Shown piece by piece: positions 40,744 through 60,568 of a DNA stretch of 64,000 nucleotides. Numbering within the stretch: position 1 is the stretch's first letter; each line of letters opens with the position of its first letter. The translations under genes were made by a program, and so were the position numbers. This stretch comes from the human T2T-CHM13v2.0 reference genome, Homo sapiens, in assembly GCF_009914755.1 (NCBI RefSeq), contig NC_060947.1; one strand, 5' to 3'. The notes beneath the pieces were generated by a model. The model was not told the DNA's origin, made no database searches, and saw only the letters and a program-made list of their open reading frames with translations.

Positions 40744-43700
40744 TCAGTCTCTTTATAGGTCTCTAAGAACTTGTTTTATGAATCTGGGTGCTCCTGTATT
40801 GGGTGAATATATATTTTGTATGGTTAGCTCTTCTTGTTGAATTGAACCCTTTACCAATATATGATGTCCTTCTTTGTTTTTTTTTTTATCTTTGTTGGTT
40901 TAAAGTCTGTTTTGTCAGAAACTAGGATTGCAACCCCTGCTTTCTTCTATTTTGCCTTTCTTGCTAAATTTTCCTCCATCCCTTTATTTTGAGCCTATGT
41001 GTGGCTTTGGACATGAGATGTGTCTCCTGAAGACAGCATACCAATGGGTCTTGTCTCTTTATTCAGCTTGCGTATTCTGTGTCTTTTCATTGGGGCATTT
41101 AGCCCATTTACATTTAAGGCTAGTATCATTATGTGTGAATTTTATCCTGTCATCATGATGTTACCTTGTTATTTTGCAGATTTATTTATGTGGTTGCTTC
41201 ATAGTCTCACTTCTCTGTGTACTTCAGTGTGTTTTTGTAGTGGCTGGCAACAGATTTTCCTTTCCATATTTAGTGTTTCCTTCAGAACCTTTTTCAAGGC
41301 AGGTCTGGTGGTAATAAACTCCCTCAGCATTTGCTTGTCTGAAAAGGAACTTATTTCTCCTTTGCTTATGAGCTTAGTTTGGCTGGATATGAAATTCTTT
41401 GAATTGGAAATTATTTTCTTTAAGAATGTTGAATATTGACCTCCAATCTTTTCTGGCTTGTAGGGTTTCTGCTGAGATGTCCACTCTTAGTCTGATGGGT
41501 TTCCCTTTGTTGGTGATCTGGCCTTTCTCTCTGGCTGCCCTTAACACATTTTCTTTCATTTTGAACTTGGAGAATCTGGTAATTATATGTCTTGAGGTTG
41601 ATCTTCTCATGGAGTATCTTGCTGGGGTTCTCTGCATTTCCTGAATTTGAATGTTGGCCTGTCTTGGTTGGGGAAGTGCTGCTGGATGATATCCTGAAGT
41701 ACATTTTCCAACTTGATTCCTTTCTATCTCTTTCAGATACCCAATCAGTCGTAGCTCTCTTTACATAATCCCACATTTCTCAGAGGTTTTGTTTATTTCT
41801 TTTCATTCTTTTTCTTCTATTCTTGTCTGCCTGTCTTATTTCAGAAGGATAGTCTTTGAGCTCTGAAATTCTTTCCTCAGCTTGGTTTATTTCACTATTG
41901 ATACTTGTGATTGCATTGTAAAGTTCTTTTATTGTGTTTTTCAGCTCTATCAGGTTGGTTATGTTTCTCTCAAAACTACTATTCTGGCTATCAGCTCCTC
42001 TGTTGTTTTATCATGATTCTTAGCTTCTTTGCATTGGATTACAACATGCTTCTTTATCTCAGTGAAGTTTGTTATTATCTACTTTCTGAAGCCTATTTTT
42101 CTGCCAATTCAGCCATCTCAGCCTCAGCCCAGTTCTGTGCCCTTGATGGGGAGGTGTTGCAGTCATTTGGAGGAGAAGAGGAACTCTGGCTTTTTGAGTT
42201 TTCAGCATTTTTGTATTGATTCTTTCTCATCTTTGTGGGCTTATCTACCTTTGATCTGTGAGGTTGCTGACCTTTGAATGAGGTTTTTATGAGGTCTTTT
42301 TGTTGATGCTGTTGTTTTCTGTTTGTTTGTTTGTTTTTCCATTAACAGTCAGACCACCCTACCATAGGGCTGCTGCAGTTTGCTGAGGTTCTGCTCCAGT
42401 CTCTAGTTGCCTCAGTGTTTTACGTACCTGAAGGTTTCACCAGTGAAGGCTGAGAAGCAGCAAAGATGGCAACCACCTCCTTCCTCTGGAAGCTCCACCC
42501 CTGGTGAATACTGACCTGTTGCTGGCCTGAATGTACCTGTAGGAGGTGACTGGAAACGCCTTTTAGGAGGTCTCGCCCAATCAGGAGAAATGGGATCAGG
42601 GATCCACTTAAAAAAGAAGTCTGGCTGCTTTTTGGTAGAGCAAGTGTGTTGTGTTCAAGGTGACCCTTCCTTGACTGAACCATTTGTGTTCTCCAAAGCA
42701 AGCAGGCTGGAACAGCTGATTCTACTGAACTGCAGAGATGATAGCTGCTCCTCCCTCCAGAAGTTCCATCTCAGGGAGAGATCAGGGCTCTATCCATAGA
42801 ACCCTGGCTGGAGTGGCTGAAGCCCCTGCAGTGACTAGAAATGGATTGGTGTTCCACTTAAAGAAGCAGTCTGGCCACAGTCTAGCAAGATGGACCATGC
42901 TGTACTGTATTATAGTGGACACTTTCTTTTCTGAACTGTTTGTATTCTCCAAAGCTGGAAGGCTGAATTTGCTGAGTCTAACAAACTACAGAGATGGTGG
43001 TCACTCCTCCCCCGGGAACTCAGACCCATTTCAGGCAGATTCCTGCCTGTTGCTGTTGGCTGGCTAGAATTCCATGCCAGTGGGTCTAACTTGTGAGGTG
43101 CCACGGAAGAGGGGGCCCACAGAATGACACTGCTTGGCTCACTGGATTCAGCCCTCTTTCCAGGGACATGTACAAACATATTTTCTGCCTTGCTGGGATT
43201 CCAGGGCTGGAGTATAGAGAACACCCGAGTCTGTGTGTACACCTGAGCAGCTGCTCTACTGAGACTCCACACAACCCTGTGTATCAGACCCAAGGCCCTG
43301 GTGGCATCGGCTCATGAGGGGATCTCCCGATCCATGGGTTGCAAAGACCCATGGGAGAAGCATGATTTCTCAGGTGGGGTTGCATAGTCACCAATTTCCT
43401 TGGCTGGCAGTGGGAGTTGCTTTGGCTTCATGCCACTCCAGGGTGGGCTCTCACTCCCCCAACCCTCACTATTCTTTGTTCTCCATTGGTGGACTTGTTT
43501 GCCTGGTCAGTCTCAACATAAGAACCTGGATATTTCAGTGGAAGGTTCTGGATTCACTTGCCCATTTTCATTCCTCTCTGTAAGTGCCATGGACTGCAGC
43601 TGCTTCTAATCGGCCCTTTTGGATCTGAATCCATGCATTACTTTTAAAGTAATCTTTAAAGTATGTTAGAAAGCCAGCGGAAATTTAATAGAAGAATTAT

Positions 43701-44823
43701 GAGTAATAATAATGACAGAAATGAAAACAGATAGCATAAGTCTGTAGGGGATTAGGTCAGATCTTTTTTTCTAGTGGGAGGGTTCAGGGGAGTGGGGGTG
43801 GAGTGAAAATGAGGGATTTAGATATACGACACCTATGAAAGGTTAAGGAGTCAAAGCTTTTAGTGAAGGCAGCACTGAAGTAGTTGCCATGAAATTCACA
43901 TCTGGCAGGAAGACAGACAAGTATATTAAGGCAGCAGATAATGACACAGAATGATCGAATCAGGCCAGTGTTTCTGTAGCCAGATGTGTGAGATCCTCAG
44001 GAAGGGAATGGTTGTTCTTTGGTTTCTGGAAGAACTGTGACTTCAGTCTCACTCTTCCTGTTCTGAGCTGGGATATGTGTTGTTGGCACACTGCTTGTCC
44101 ATCACTGATTTCTGAGTAAAAATAAAAGAGAAAGCAATGTGTAGAGGAAAAGAGAAGCAATAGCACAAGTGATATGAAACCCTGGAACTTGGAGAAAAAG
44201 GAAGATAAAAGAAAGAAAAAGAATGCTGAACATGTGAAAGATAAAGCAAACACCTCGAGTAATTAAGCCAAACCCATGCATAATTGTGGCTAAACCTGGA
44301 TCCTTCCCTAGAGTGTACCTTTGTTATCTAGGAAGTATTGGAGTCATGTTTCTCTTAGAAGGATAAACTGTTTCCCATGAAACTAATTTATATGCAGGGA
44401 AATAAGTGATTTCTTTGTATACTGGGTTACCTCTTAGGCAGCATTATTTACTAAGTCTCTTGTTTCTTGGACATGATTTACATAGAGAGAATTCCCACAA
44501 GAGCAAAATAAAATTTTTCTTATCCTACCCCCTTAGCTATTTTATTTTGTAGGAACAGAGAAAAAGTTTGCATATTCACTCATTTAACATATCTATGAAA
44601 ATACCTTGAGATGTTATTTAATGTGTGGCTCTCTGAAAGTAACATAATAGACAAATTGAGAATTACTAAACCACACTCTGACATGAGAACTATATGAAGC
44701 TTACTGTAACGTTAGCTTAAGCATTCTTATACACAAAAATAAGATTTTTGCATGAATTTCTCCTCATCTGAAATGGATAGATGAGATTTACCTCAGTTTT
44801 CTTGTTATACATGTATTATTCTT

Positions 44824-50916
<6,093 letters not shown>

Positions 50917-50929
50917 ATGTATTATTCTT

Positions 50930-51200
50930 GTCTGACTTTACTTCAAGGTTATACTAGTCTCATCAAATTAGTAGTGTTACTTATTTTCTTGTATTCTGAA
51001 ACAGAATGAGATTGGAATTAATTGTTTTTTTTTGTAAATTGTGTTGAACTTTCTTACCAAAATGGGCCTGGTGTCTTTCTCGGGGAAGAGTAAGTAATCT
51101 GTGTAGCTACTTACAGTGCAGCTTTTTTTTTTTTTTTTTCCATTTAACTCTTTTTGCAAATAATTTAAAGATATTTGTTAAATAACTTTTTTTCCTAATA
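50930..51200 (-). mobile_element. Ancient L1M ORF2 relic, host of the L1PA6/7 (other part ~44740-44823)
   Basis: TTGTCTGACTTT..AGGTTATACTAGTCTCAT..TGGGCCTGGTGTCTTTCT matches degenerate antisense ORF2. Confidence 0.55.
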
Positions 51201-51715
51201 TGAATCAAATACAAATGTATTAAGTAGATCCCATTGCTTTCTGAATTTTGGTGTCTAGGCATGGAGTAAACTTTTTTGATTCAGTCCCCACTTGTTCTGA
51301 TTCTAGGGTGTAGAAGTAGAGTTCCTCTGGAGAATGGGGTTTCACTTACTCTGTGTAAGCTTTTACTGTGCATGCTGTGAATCATGTTTTGCATGTCCAT
51401 CCACTAAATACATTCTAACCTGGGCATTGTACCTTATGGAAATACCTCAGTTTCTAGCTTTTTAAACACTTTTTTATTTGTAGTATTATATTTATTTTGT
51501 TATTTGCATAGGAATTTGGAAAGATGGAAATTAAATACATAACTGATATTGTCATCTTGAAGCAGAAGTCTCATAAGTATCTACAATTTGTTTTATGTGC
51601 TTACATAGAGTTCATACTATGTTACATGTTGTGCTAATATAGATATGTGTTATGATATGTTTTATTATTGTTATATTAGCACTTCAAATAGTATTCATAT
51701 TTAGTTTTTTCTCTT

Positions 51716-52030
51716 TTTATTTATTTTATTATTATTATTATGTTGAGATGGAGTTTCACTCTTGTTGCCCAAGCTGGAATGCAGTGTTGTGATTTCTGCT
51801 CACTGCAACTTCCACCTCCTGAGTTCAAGAGATTCTTGTGTCTCAGCCTCTTGAGCAACTGGAATTACAGGCATGCACCACCATTACATCCAGCTAATTT
51901 TTGTATTTTTAGTAGAGACAGGGTTTCACTATTTTGGCCAGGCTGGTCTCAAACTCCCAACCTCAGTCGATCTGCCCACCTCAGCCTCCCAAAGTGCTAG
52001 GATTACAGGCATGAGCCACAGCACCTGGCC
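51716..52030 (-). mobile_element. AluSq/Sp-like
   Basis: GAGTTTCACTCTTGTTGCCC; (TTA)n tail; TSD TCTCTTTT. Confidence 0.88.
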
Positions 52031-52759
52031 TCTCTTTTATTTGTACAGATTTATGGCACACATGTAAAATCTTATTACATGTATTTGGTTTTAAATAACC
52101 AGAAGGCTAGGTGTCTGCACTTCAAATTGACTAATTTAAAATGCCCTAATATGTGTGTGCATACACACACACACACACAAAAAGTTGAGACTTTACCAAT
52201 TACCTACCCCTTTAGCACATTGGGAAATTTGTACACTCAGAAATACACTGTTGACTCAATGGTGGACTACAAGAAACCTGCCACTTCAAAAGATTTTGTA
52301 GTGCCTCAAGGCACTTAACTCTCTGTAGCAATGTATAGCACCATGGAGTTCATAGCTTGGTGTCTACATTCACCAAGAATTGTTATGAGTCCATTATTTG
52401 GTGGTACTGAGGGAACTGAGGCATTTGGGCTATATTTTTAACTTTACGATGAAATCTGGTATGGCTGTTTTATCTATGGAGGTAAGTGCTCAGCCTGCTG
52501 CACCTGAACAATATGTTACCCAATTCAGATATGTTTGCGAGAGGATTTACCATAAGTCTATATCTAGAAAGAACCCAAGTGCTTGGTAACATAAAAAATA
52601 TATGATTAGACACCTTACAGCAAATAACTCTTCCCTGCATTATGATTCTTCTACAACTCTGGAAAAAGGTGACTCTTAAATTCAGGCCTTATATTAGCTG
52701 AGAAGAAATTCAGTGTTCTTGATTAAGAGTTAAACTACTAAAACATGATTTGGAACAAT

Positions 52760-53010
52760 ATTAATAATAACTCATACCCACTGACAGCTTCCTATCTACA
52801 AGGCATGATTCTCAGTTTTTCATGTGCTTTAAGTCATACAATTCTTACAACAACCATAAAACGTATATATAACTATTAATCTTCATTTTGCAAAGGAAGA
52901 AACTAAGGCACACACAAGCTAAGTGATGTAACCAAGGTTTCCACAGCCAGTATAGCACAGCCATAATTAGAACTCAGGCAATTTGTTTCTTGAGTGCATC
53001 CTCTTAACCA
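52760..53010 (-). mobile_element. MIR
   Basis: AATTCTTACAACAACC..CATTTTGCAAAGGAAGAAACTAAGGCAC..CTCTTAACCATTATG. Confidence 0.75.
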
Positions 53011-53164
53011 TTATGGATGGGACACTGTGAATAGGACAGGGATTATCAGGTCTAAAAGAGTATAATAACATTTAGTTAGAATTCCAGTGGTTTCCATTTG
53101 GACCAATGATAGAGGAGTGGCCATAACAAAATGTAAGTGTAAAAAACTTTATAATTAGATTTCT

Positions 53165-53365
53165 TAGTGTCTGAGAGGATGGGCTCTGAAGTTAGATTAT
53201 TTAGATTCATATTCTGGCTCCAACTTTTTATTTCTTATGTGTCTTTGAAATATTATTAAATTTCTCTAAGCCTCAATGTCCTGAATTGAGAGATCAAGCC
53301 AATAATAGAACTTATTAATTTAAATAATTTAGAACAGTATTTGGCACTTGAAAAGCTCTCAACAC
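53165..53365 (+). mobile_element. MIR
   Basis: GGGCTCTGAAGTTAGA..TTTCTCTAAGCCTCA..AGAACAGTATTTGGCAC. Confidence 0.65.
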
Positions 53366-53974
53366 CCTGATGTGTGTGTGTTTCCATACTAGAATCTTAT
53401 GTAAACCAGAAAACACAGAGATGCACTAATGTGTGCATCTTTAATGTAGATAAGGAAGAAAAGTTTTATATTTGTCTCTAGGCCCTGTGAGAAGTGCAGT
53501 TGGTGCTAGGCTGACAAAATCAATGGTATCTAGGTTTTTTTCAAGATACTTTTTATATGATTGGAGCACTACAACACTATCCTAGAAGCAGGAGTTATAA
53601 GAAAACTTGAAATGTAGCAGTTAGTTAGGCAACCTTGGCATAACAACAAAGCCTTTAGTTTTCCACAATCCCTCTTTTCCAATTCTCCTGATATAAGAAG
53701 GGAGCCTCATTTTAATTCCACTAACATCTTTGTCCTGAACTCTTTGATACTTTAGTTGTTGTTTTAAGTTGAAAGTTTCTTTTCATATAAAATTCAGATA
53801 AGAGCTACACTATGGAGAACAGAGTGTTTATGTAGTCCAGAGCAAACGGAAAGTAAATAAATGCCTTAGGAAGGGAGGTTGAGAAAATTAAACACACCAT
53901 AATCACTGAAAAGTTCAATATCTTTATTTGAAAATCAGTTAACACAAAGTTAAAACAAGTAAAATCAATCTCAG

Positions 53975-55817
53975 AAGAACAAGATGGCTGATTAAACCCT
54001 GCAGTGATAGTACTAATGCAGGAACACCAAATTAACAACTATCCACACAAGAAAGCATCTTTATAAGAACCAAAAAATCAGGTGAGGGATCACAGTACCT
54101 GGTTTTAACATAATATCAAAGAAGTAGTCATTGAAGATAACAGGAAAGACACTCTTGTGTTGCTTACACCACTCCCTGAACATTCTCTATCAGGAGAGAG
54201 AATCTGTATGTGTTTGAGGAAGGGAGACTGAAGTGAGTGTGAGTCTCTGCATTGGAATTCAGTGCTTTCCCTTTACAGTGGAACACAACACAGGTCACAA
54301 TTCTGGTAGTGCCCACAGAGGGAGCATTTAGAGCAGCACCAGGCCAGAGAGGTATTCTCAGCCCCAACAAGAGAAATCCAAGCCCCGGGTAGGTTCATCA
54401 TTGGCTCACTAAAGTGGACTAAGTTCCAGAATAAACTTGTGTGGCAGTCAGGTCACAAGCACTGCAGTACTTGGGCAAGCCCTGGTGCTACACAGGTTTC
54501 AGAGGCAGTGGACTTGAGTTATGTGTGGCCCAGTGTGACACCAGCTGCAGCAGCCAAGGGAATGCCTGAATCACCTTTACCCCAAACCCAGGTAGTGCAG
54601 CTTGGGAAGATACTCCTTTTGCTTGGGGCAGAAGAGGGAAGAGTACAGAGGACTTTATCTTGCAACTTGGGTTCAAGCTCAGCCACAGTAAAATAAAGCA
54701 CATAGCAGATTCCTGAAATCCTGGATTCCAGGGACCTTAGCTACTGAATATCATTTCTAGACTCACCATGGACCAGAAGGGAATCTTTTGCCCTGAAAGC
54801 TAGAACCCAGTCCTGGCAGGATTCACCACCTGCTGACTAAAGAGCCCTTAGGCCTTGAATACACGTCAGTATTAGTCAGGTAGTAGTTGCCATGGGCCTT
54901 GGGCAAGTCCCAATACTGTAGTGGATTCAGGTGTGACCCAGTGCAGTGCCAGCTGTAGAGGCCACAGGAGTGCTCATGTTACCCCTCCAGCAACTCCAGG
55001 CAGCTCAGCGTGGAGAGAAATACCTTCTCATTGGGGGAAGAGAGGGAAGAGTGAGAGACTCTCACCGGCAACCAGATAAGTCTCCTGAAACTTACCCAAA
55101 TCCACCAAGGTAGGGCCTCTAGAAGTCACTAAGAGTTGCAGTAGGTGTGCTTAAGGTAACTCGTAGTGCTCATGAAGCTGGAAACATCATAGTCTTAGAT
55201 AACAATACTTAATTCTTTTTGAATACATGGAAAGCCTTATCAAGAAGGATGGCTACAAACAAGCTCAATACTGTGAAGACTGAAATAAGTACCTGACTTT
55301 TCAATTCCCAAACATTGACAAATGTATGCAAGTTATAAGAACATCAAGGTAAACATGACCTCACCAAGCTAAATAAGAAACCAATGACCTTGAAGTGACA
55401 AATATATGTGACCTTTCACCCAGAGAATTTAAAATAACTGTCCTGAGGAAGCTCAATGAACTTCAAGATAACACAGAGAAGAAATTCAGAATTCTATCAC
55501 AGAAATTTAACAAAGAAACTAAAATAATTTTTAAAAATTAAGCAGAAATTTTGGAGTTGAAAACTTTGACAAACTGACAAATGCATCAGAGTCTCTCAGT
55601 AGCAGAATTGATTAAGTAGAAGAAAGAAATAGTGAGACGAAGAGAGGCTGTATAAAAATCTACAGTCAGAGGAGAAAAAAGAAAGAATAAAAAATAATAA
55701 ACCACACCTACAAGACCTAGACAATAGACTCAAAACAGCAAATCTAAGACTTGTTGACCTTAGAGAAGAAATATATCTATATGTATCTATCTATCCATAT
55801 CTATATATCTGTACACA

Positions 55818-55872
<55 letters not shown>

Positions 55873-56427
55873 GTAGAATATTTATTGAAAAGAATAATAA
55901 CAGAGAACTTTTCAAACTTAGAGGAAGATATAAATATCCAGGTAAAGAAGGTCATAGCACATCAAGATGATTCAACCCAAATAATACTACATCAAGGAAT
56001 ATTAAACTCTAAAGTCAGGGATAAAGAGAGGATTCTGAAAGCAAGAGAAAATAAGCAAATAACATATAAAGGAGCTCTGAAACATCTGGCAACAATGTTT
56101 TCAGCAGAAACCTTACAGTTCAGGAGAGAATGGGATGACGTATAAGTACTGAAAGAAAAAACTTTAAGTGTAGAATATTATATTCAGCAAAATTAGCCTT
56201 TACACATAAGGGAGAAATAAAGACCATCCCAGACAAACAAAAGTCAACCAATTTTATCAAGACCAAACCTATCTCACAAGAAATGCTAAAGGGAGTTTTT
56301 CAATTTGAAAGAAAAGGATGTTAAAAAATAGGAAGTAATCATCTGATACTGGTAATCAACCACTGGTAATAGTAAGTACATAGACAAATACAGAATACTC
56401 TAACATTGTAATTGCGGTTTGTAACCC
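53975..56427 (+). mobile_element. L1M1/L1MA-type 5'UTR plus ORF1
   Basis: CAAGATGGCTGA start; ORF1p-like peptide 55885-56145 (FSAETLQ..REWDD). Confidence 0.8.
55770..55865 (+). repeat. Compound microsatellite (TATC-like)/(CA)n(GA)n
   Basis: Seen directly. Confidence 0.9.
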
Positions 56428-58768
56428 GCACAGGAACACCACAGGAACACCACATTTTACAACTATTTACACAAAAACAGCACCTTCATAAGTACCAAAA
56501 ATCCAGTGAGAACTCACAGTATCTACTTTTAAATTCATATCACTGAAAGAGGCACTGGAGCAGGTAAAAAAGGCTGAATTCTATCAAACATTTAAAGACA
56601 AATACAAATCCTACTCAAGCTGTTTCAAACAGTAGAGGAGGAGAGAATACTTCCAAACTTATTATATGAGGCCAATATTATCCTGATACCAAATCCAGAC
56701 AAAGATACAACAACAACAAATCTACAAGCCAGTATTACTGACAAGTATTAATACAAAAATTCTCGCAAAAGGCTAGCAAACCATCATATTTAAAAGATCA
56801 TTCATTTTGACCAAGTGGGATTTATCCCAGGGATGCAAAAATGGTTCAACATATGCAAATCAATTAATGTAACACATCATATCAACAAAATGAAGGACAA
56901 AAACCATATGATCATTTCAATAGATGTTGAAAAAGCATTTGATGAAATTCAACAATTCTTTGCACTAAAAATGCTTTAAAAACTGGATGTAGAAGGAATC
57001 ATATTTCAACATAACCCATATATGACAAATTCACAGCCAAAATTACATGAATGGGGAACACTGAACGCTTTTCCTCTTAGATCTGGAACACAAGGATGTC
57101 TACTTTCACCACTTTTATTCCACGTGGTATTGGAAGTACTAGTTGGAGCCATCAGACAAGAAAAGAAATAAAGAGCATTCAAGTTGGAAAGGAAGAAGTC
57201 AAGTTATCCTTTTTTTTAGATAATATAATCTTATATTTTGGAAAACCTAAAGACTCCAGCAAAAAACTATTAGAAGAGAGAAAGAAACACAGTAAAGTTT
57301 CAGCACACAAAATTAACATACATAAATCAGAAGCATGTCTATAGGTCAACAGTGAACAATTTGAAAAAGAAATCAAGAAAAATAACTAATGGGTACTTGG
57401 CTTAATACTTGAGTGATAAAATAGTTTTTACAACAAATCCCCATATTACAAGTTTACCTATGTAATAAATCTGCACTTGTACTCCTGAACTTAAAATAGA
57501 AATTAAAAAAGAAAGTAATCCCATTTACAATTGCTACAAATAAGATAAAATACCTAGAAAGTAAATTAATCAAAGAAGTGGAAGATCTCTACAATAAACA
57601 CTATAAAACATTTATGCAAGAAATTTCAAAAGACCCCAAAAATGTAAAGATATTCTATGTTCATGGATTGGAAGTATCAATATTGTTAAAAAGTCCATAC
57701 TACCCAAAGCAATCTATAAATTTAATGTAATAACTATCAAAATATTAATGACATTCTTCACAAAAATAGAAAAAAAGTCCTAAAATTTATATGGAACCAC
57801 AAAAGACCGAGAATAGCTAAGACTATCCTAAATAATAACAACAAGAAAAGAAAACTGGAGGAATCACATTATCTGACTGGAAATTATACTATGCAGCTAT
57901 AGTAACCAAAATGGCATGGAACTGGCATAAAAACAGACACATAGATGAGTGAAACAGAATGAAGAACCCAAAGATAAATCCATACATCTAAAGTGAGTTC
58001 ATTTTTCACAAAGGTGTCAAGAACATATATTGAGGGAAGGACAATTTCTTCACTAAATAGTGGTGGGAAAACAAAATGTCCACATGGAGAAGAATAAAAC
58101 AAGACCTCTATCTTTCACCATATACAAAAATCAAACCAAAATGGATTGAAGACTTAAATCTAACACCACAAACTACAAACTTACTAACAGAAAACATTGA
58201 GGAAACTCTCCATAACATTGAAGTGGGCAAAGATTTCTTAAGTAATACCCCACAAGCACAGGAAACCAAAGCAAAAATAAAAGAAATGGAATCATATCAA
58301 GTCAAAAAGCCTCTTCACAGCAATTGACACAAGAAACAATTGACAAAGTGAAGAGACAACTCAGAATGGGAGAAAATATATTCAAACTACTCATATTAGA
58401 AGACATTAATAACCAGAATATATAAGGAACTCAAACAACTTTATAGAAAAAAATCTAACACTCCAATTTAAAAATGGGCAAAATATCTGAATAGACATAT
58501 ATCAAAAGACATACAAATGGCAAACAAGCCTATGAAAAGTGCTCCACATCACTGATTATCAGAGAAATGCAAATCAAATCTACAATGAGATATCAGCTCA
58601 GCCCATTTCAAATGGCTTTTATGCAAAAGTCAGGCAATACCAAATGCTGGCTAGGAGATGGAGAAAAGGGAACCCTTTTCACTCTTGTACAGCCTTGGTG
58701 GAAATGTTAATTAGTACAACTACTATGGAGAACAGTTTAGAGGCTCCGCAAAAAGTAAAAATACAGCT
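56428..58768 (+). mobile_element. Second L1M 5' start (~140 bp) fused to L1MA-type ORF2
   Basis: 56428-56570 resembles 54019-54150; then GCTGAATTCTATCAAACATTTAAAG and RT-region sequence. Confidence 0.75.
57378..57510 (+). mobile_element. Short 5'-truncated old L1PA 3' end
   Basis: ACTAATGGGTACTTGGCTTAATAC..TTTACCTATGTAA..CCTGAACTTAAAATA. Confidence 0.8.
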
Positions 58769-58769
58769 G

Positions 58770-60568
58770 CCTGGAGTCTGGGGGGATCACGGAGGATGGG
58801 AGGCAAGACTAGATTGCAGCTCTGACTTCAACGGACAGAGCAGTATGTGGAAGCTCGCATTAGAAATTTTTGCTGCAGAATGACTGCAGGAATAAATCAG
58901 GACATCTGAGAAGACCCATAAACACCCTGAAGGAAGCATATTGCTCCTGCAGGACCTGGGAGACACCCAAATACTGTGAGTGCCCAAACTGTGGAAGCAG
59001 AAAAGGGAGATTGTCCACCCTTGAACACACACCTTTACTGGAGAAACTGAAGGCCTAGATTATCAGAGAAGATTTTGACTTTACTTAGAGCTGAGTTAAT
59101 TTAGAGAGCCGAGCAAAAAACAAGGGTAGAGGAAACAGTGGGAAAAGTTCTAGGACCTTGCTGGGTCCCCTAGCAAGCCGTTTTTGCCTGGCCTCACATG
59201 GGTCCTTCAGGAGGGTGGCCAGAAGCACTGGTAAAAGGCCACAGGGAGAAAGAAATCTTCAGCTGAACTTTGTAACAATTTGAACTGATTAAGAATCCTC
59301 CTGGCCAGAACTCAAGGAAGGGTGTGAATCTGGTGTGCAGACTCCACAGGCAGGGGAAGAAGGAAAGCCATATTTGCTTTTACATCTGGGAGGCAGATAG
59401 CCTGGGGTGAGTTCTCAGCCCTGCTCACCCACTGCCTGGAAATAGACTCAGTGCTGTTGGGTGGGGCATGAAGGGAGTGAGAGCAGCCCTTTGGAATGCA
59501 TGGGAGCTGGGTAAGTCCTGTGACTGCTGGCTTTCCCCCACTTCCCTGAAAACCTGCATGACACGGTAGAGACAATCATAATCCTCCTAGGAACATAACT
59601 CCATTTACCTGGGAACCTCACCCCCATCTCCCACAGCAGCTGTAGCAAGACCCACCAAAGGAGAGTAAGAGCTCAGACACACCTAGCCCAGCCCCCACCT
59701 AATGGTTCTTCCCTACCCACCCTGGTAACTGAAGACAAAAAGCATATACTCTTGGGAGTTCTAGGGCCCTGCCTACTGCCTATTCCACAACATACTAGCA
59801 TAGCTGATGCTCTCTGGAAAGCGACACCTCCTGGCAGGAGGACAACCAGCATAAAAATAGTGCATTAAACCACCTAAGCTAAGAACCCTCACAGAGTTTA
59901 TTTCACCCCCCTGCCACCTCCACCAGAACAGGTCCTGGTATCCATGGCTGAGACCCACAGGTGGTTAACATCACAGGACTCTGTGCAGACAACCCCCAGC
60001 ACCAGCCCCCAGCCTGGTAGACTTGCTGGGTTGCTAGATCCAGATGTGAGGCAACAATCACTGCAGCTCAGCTCTCAGGAAGCCACATCCATGCAAAAAG
60101 GGGTAGAGTACAACAACAAGGGAACACCCTGTGGGACAAAAGATTCTGAACAACAGCCTTTGCCCTAGACCTTCCCTCTGACAGTGGCTACCCAAATGAG
60201 AAGGAACCAGAAAACCAACTCTGGTAATATGACCAAATAAGGTTCTTTAACACCCCCCAAAAAATCACACTAGCTCACCAGCAAGGGACCCGAACCAAGA
60301 AGAGATCTCTGATTTACTTGAAAAATAATTCAGTAGGTTAGTTATTAAGCTAATCAGGGAGACATCAGAGAAGGAGGAAGCCCAGTGTAAGAAAATCCAA
60401 AAAAAAAAAAAAAAAAAAGTCACAAGAAGTGAAGGGAGAAATATTCAAGGAAATAGCATAAATAAAAAACAATCAAAACTGCTATCAGGTTATCTAAAGT
60501 TAAGATGAATGAAAGAATCTTAAGATCTGTGAGACAAAAGCACCAGGTAACCTATAAAGGAAAACCTG
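58770..60568 (+). mobile_element. L1PB-type 5'UTR plus internally deleted ORF1
   Basis: GGAGGCAAGACTAGATTGCAGCTC start; ORF1 ATGAGAAGGAACCAG at ~60197. Confidence 0.85.

Noticed and set aside
42590-43030. Diverged ~250-bp tandem units
   Set aside because: They lie inside the old L1PA 5'UTR, where such repeated units are probably native to the element
44705-44767. 63-nt minus-strand exon candidate with AG and GTAAGC
   Set aside because: Stops in all three frames and overlaps a decayed L1M
50975-51115. Micro-exon-like splice motifs
   Set aside because: Explained as degenerate L1M ORF2 sequence
56555-56580. Spliced L1 (SpIRE) junction
   Set aside because: The donor-like GTAAAA is retained and I recall no AG acceptor before GCTGAATTC in ORF2; deletion is more likely
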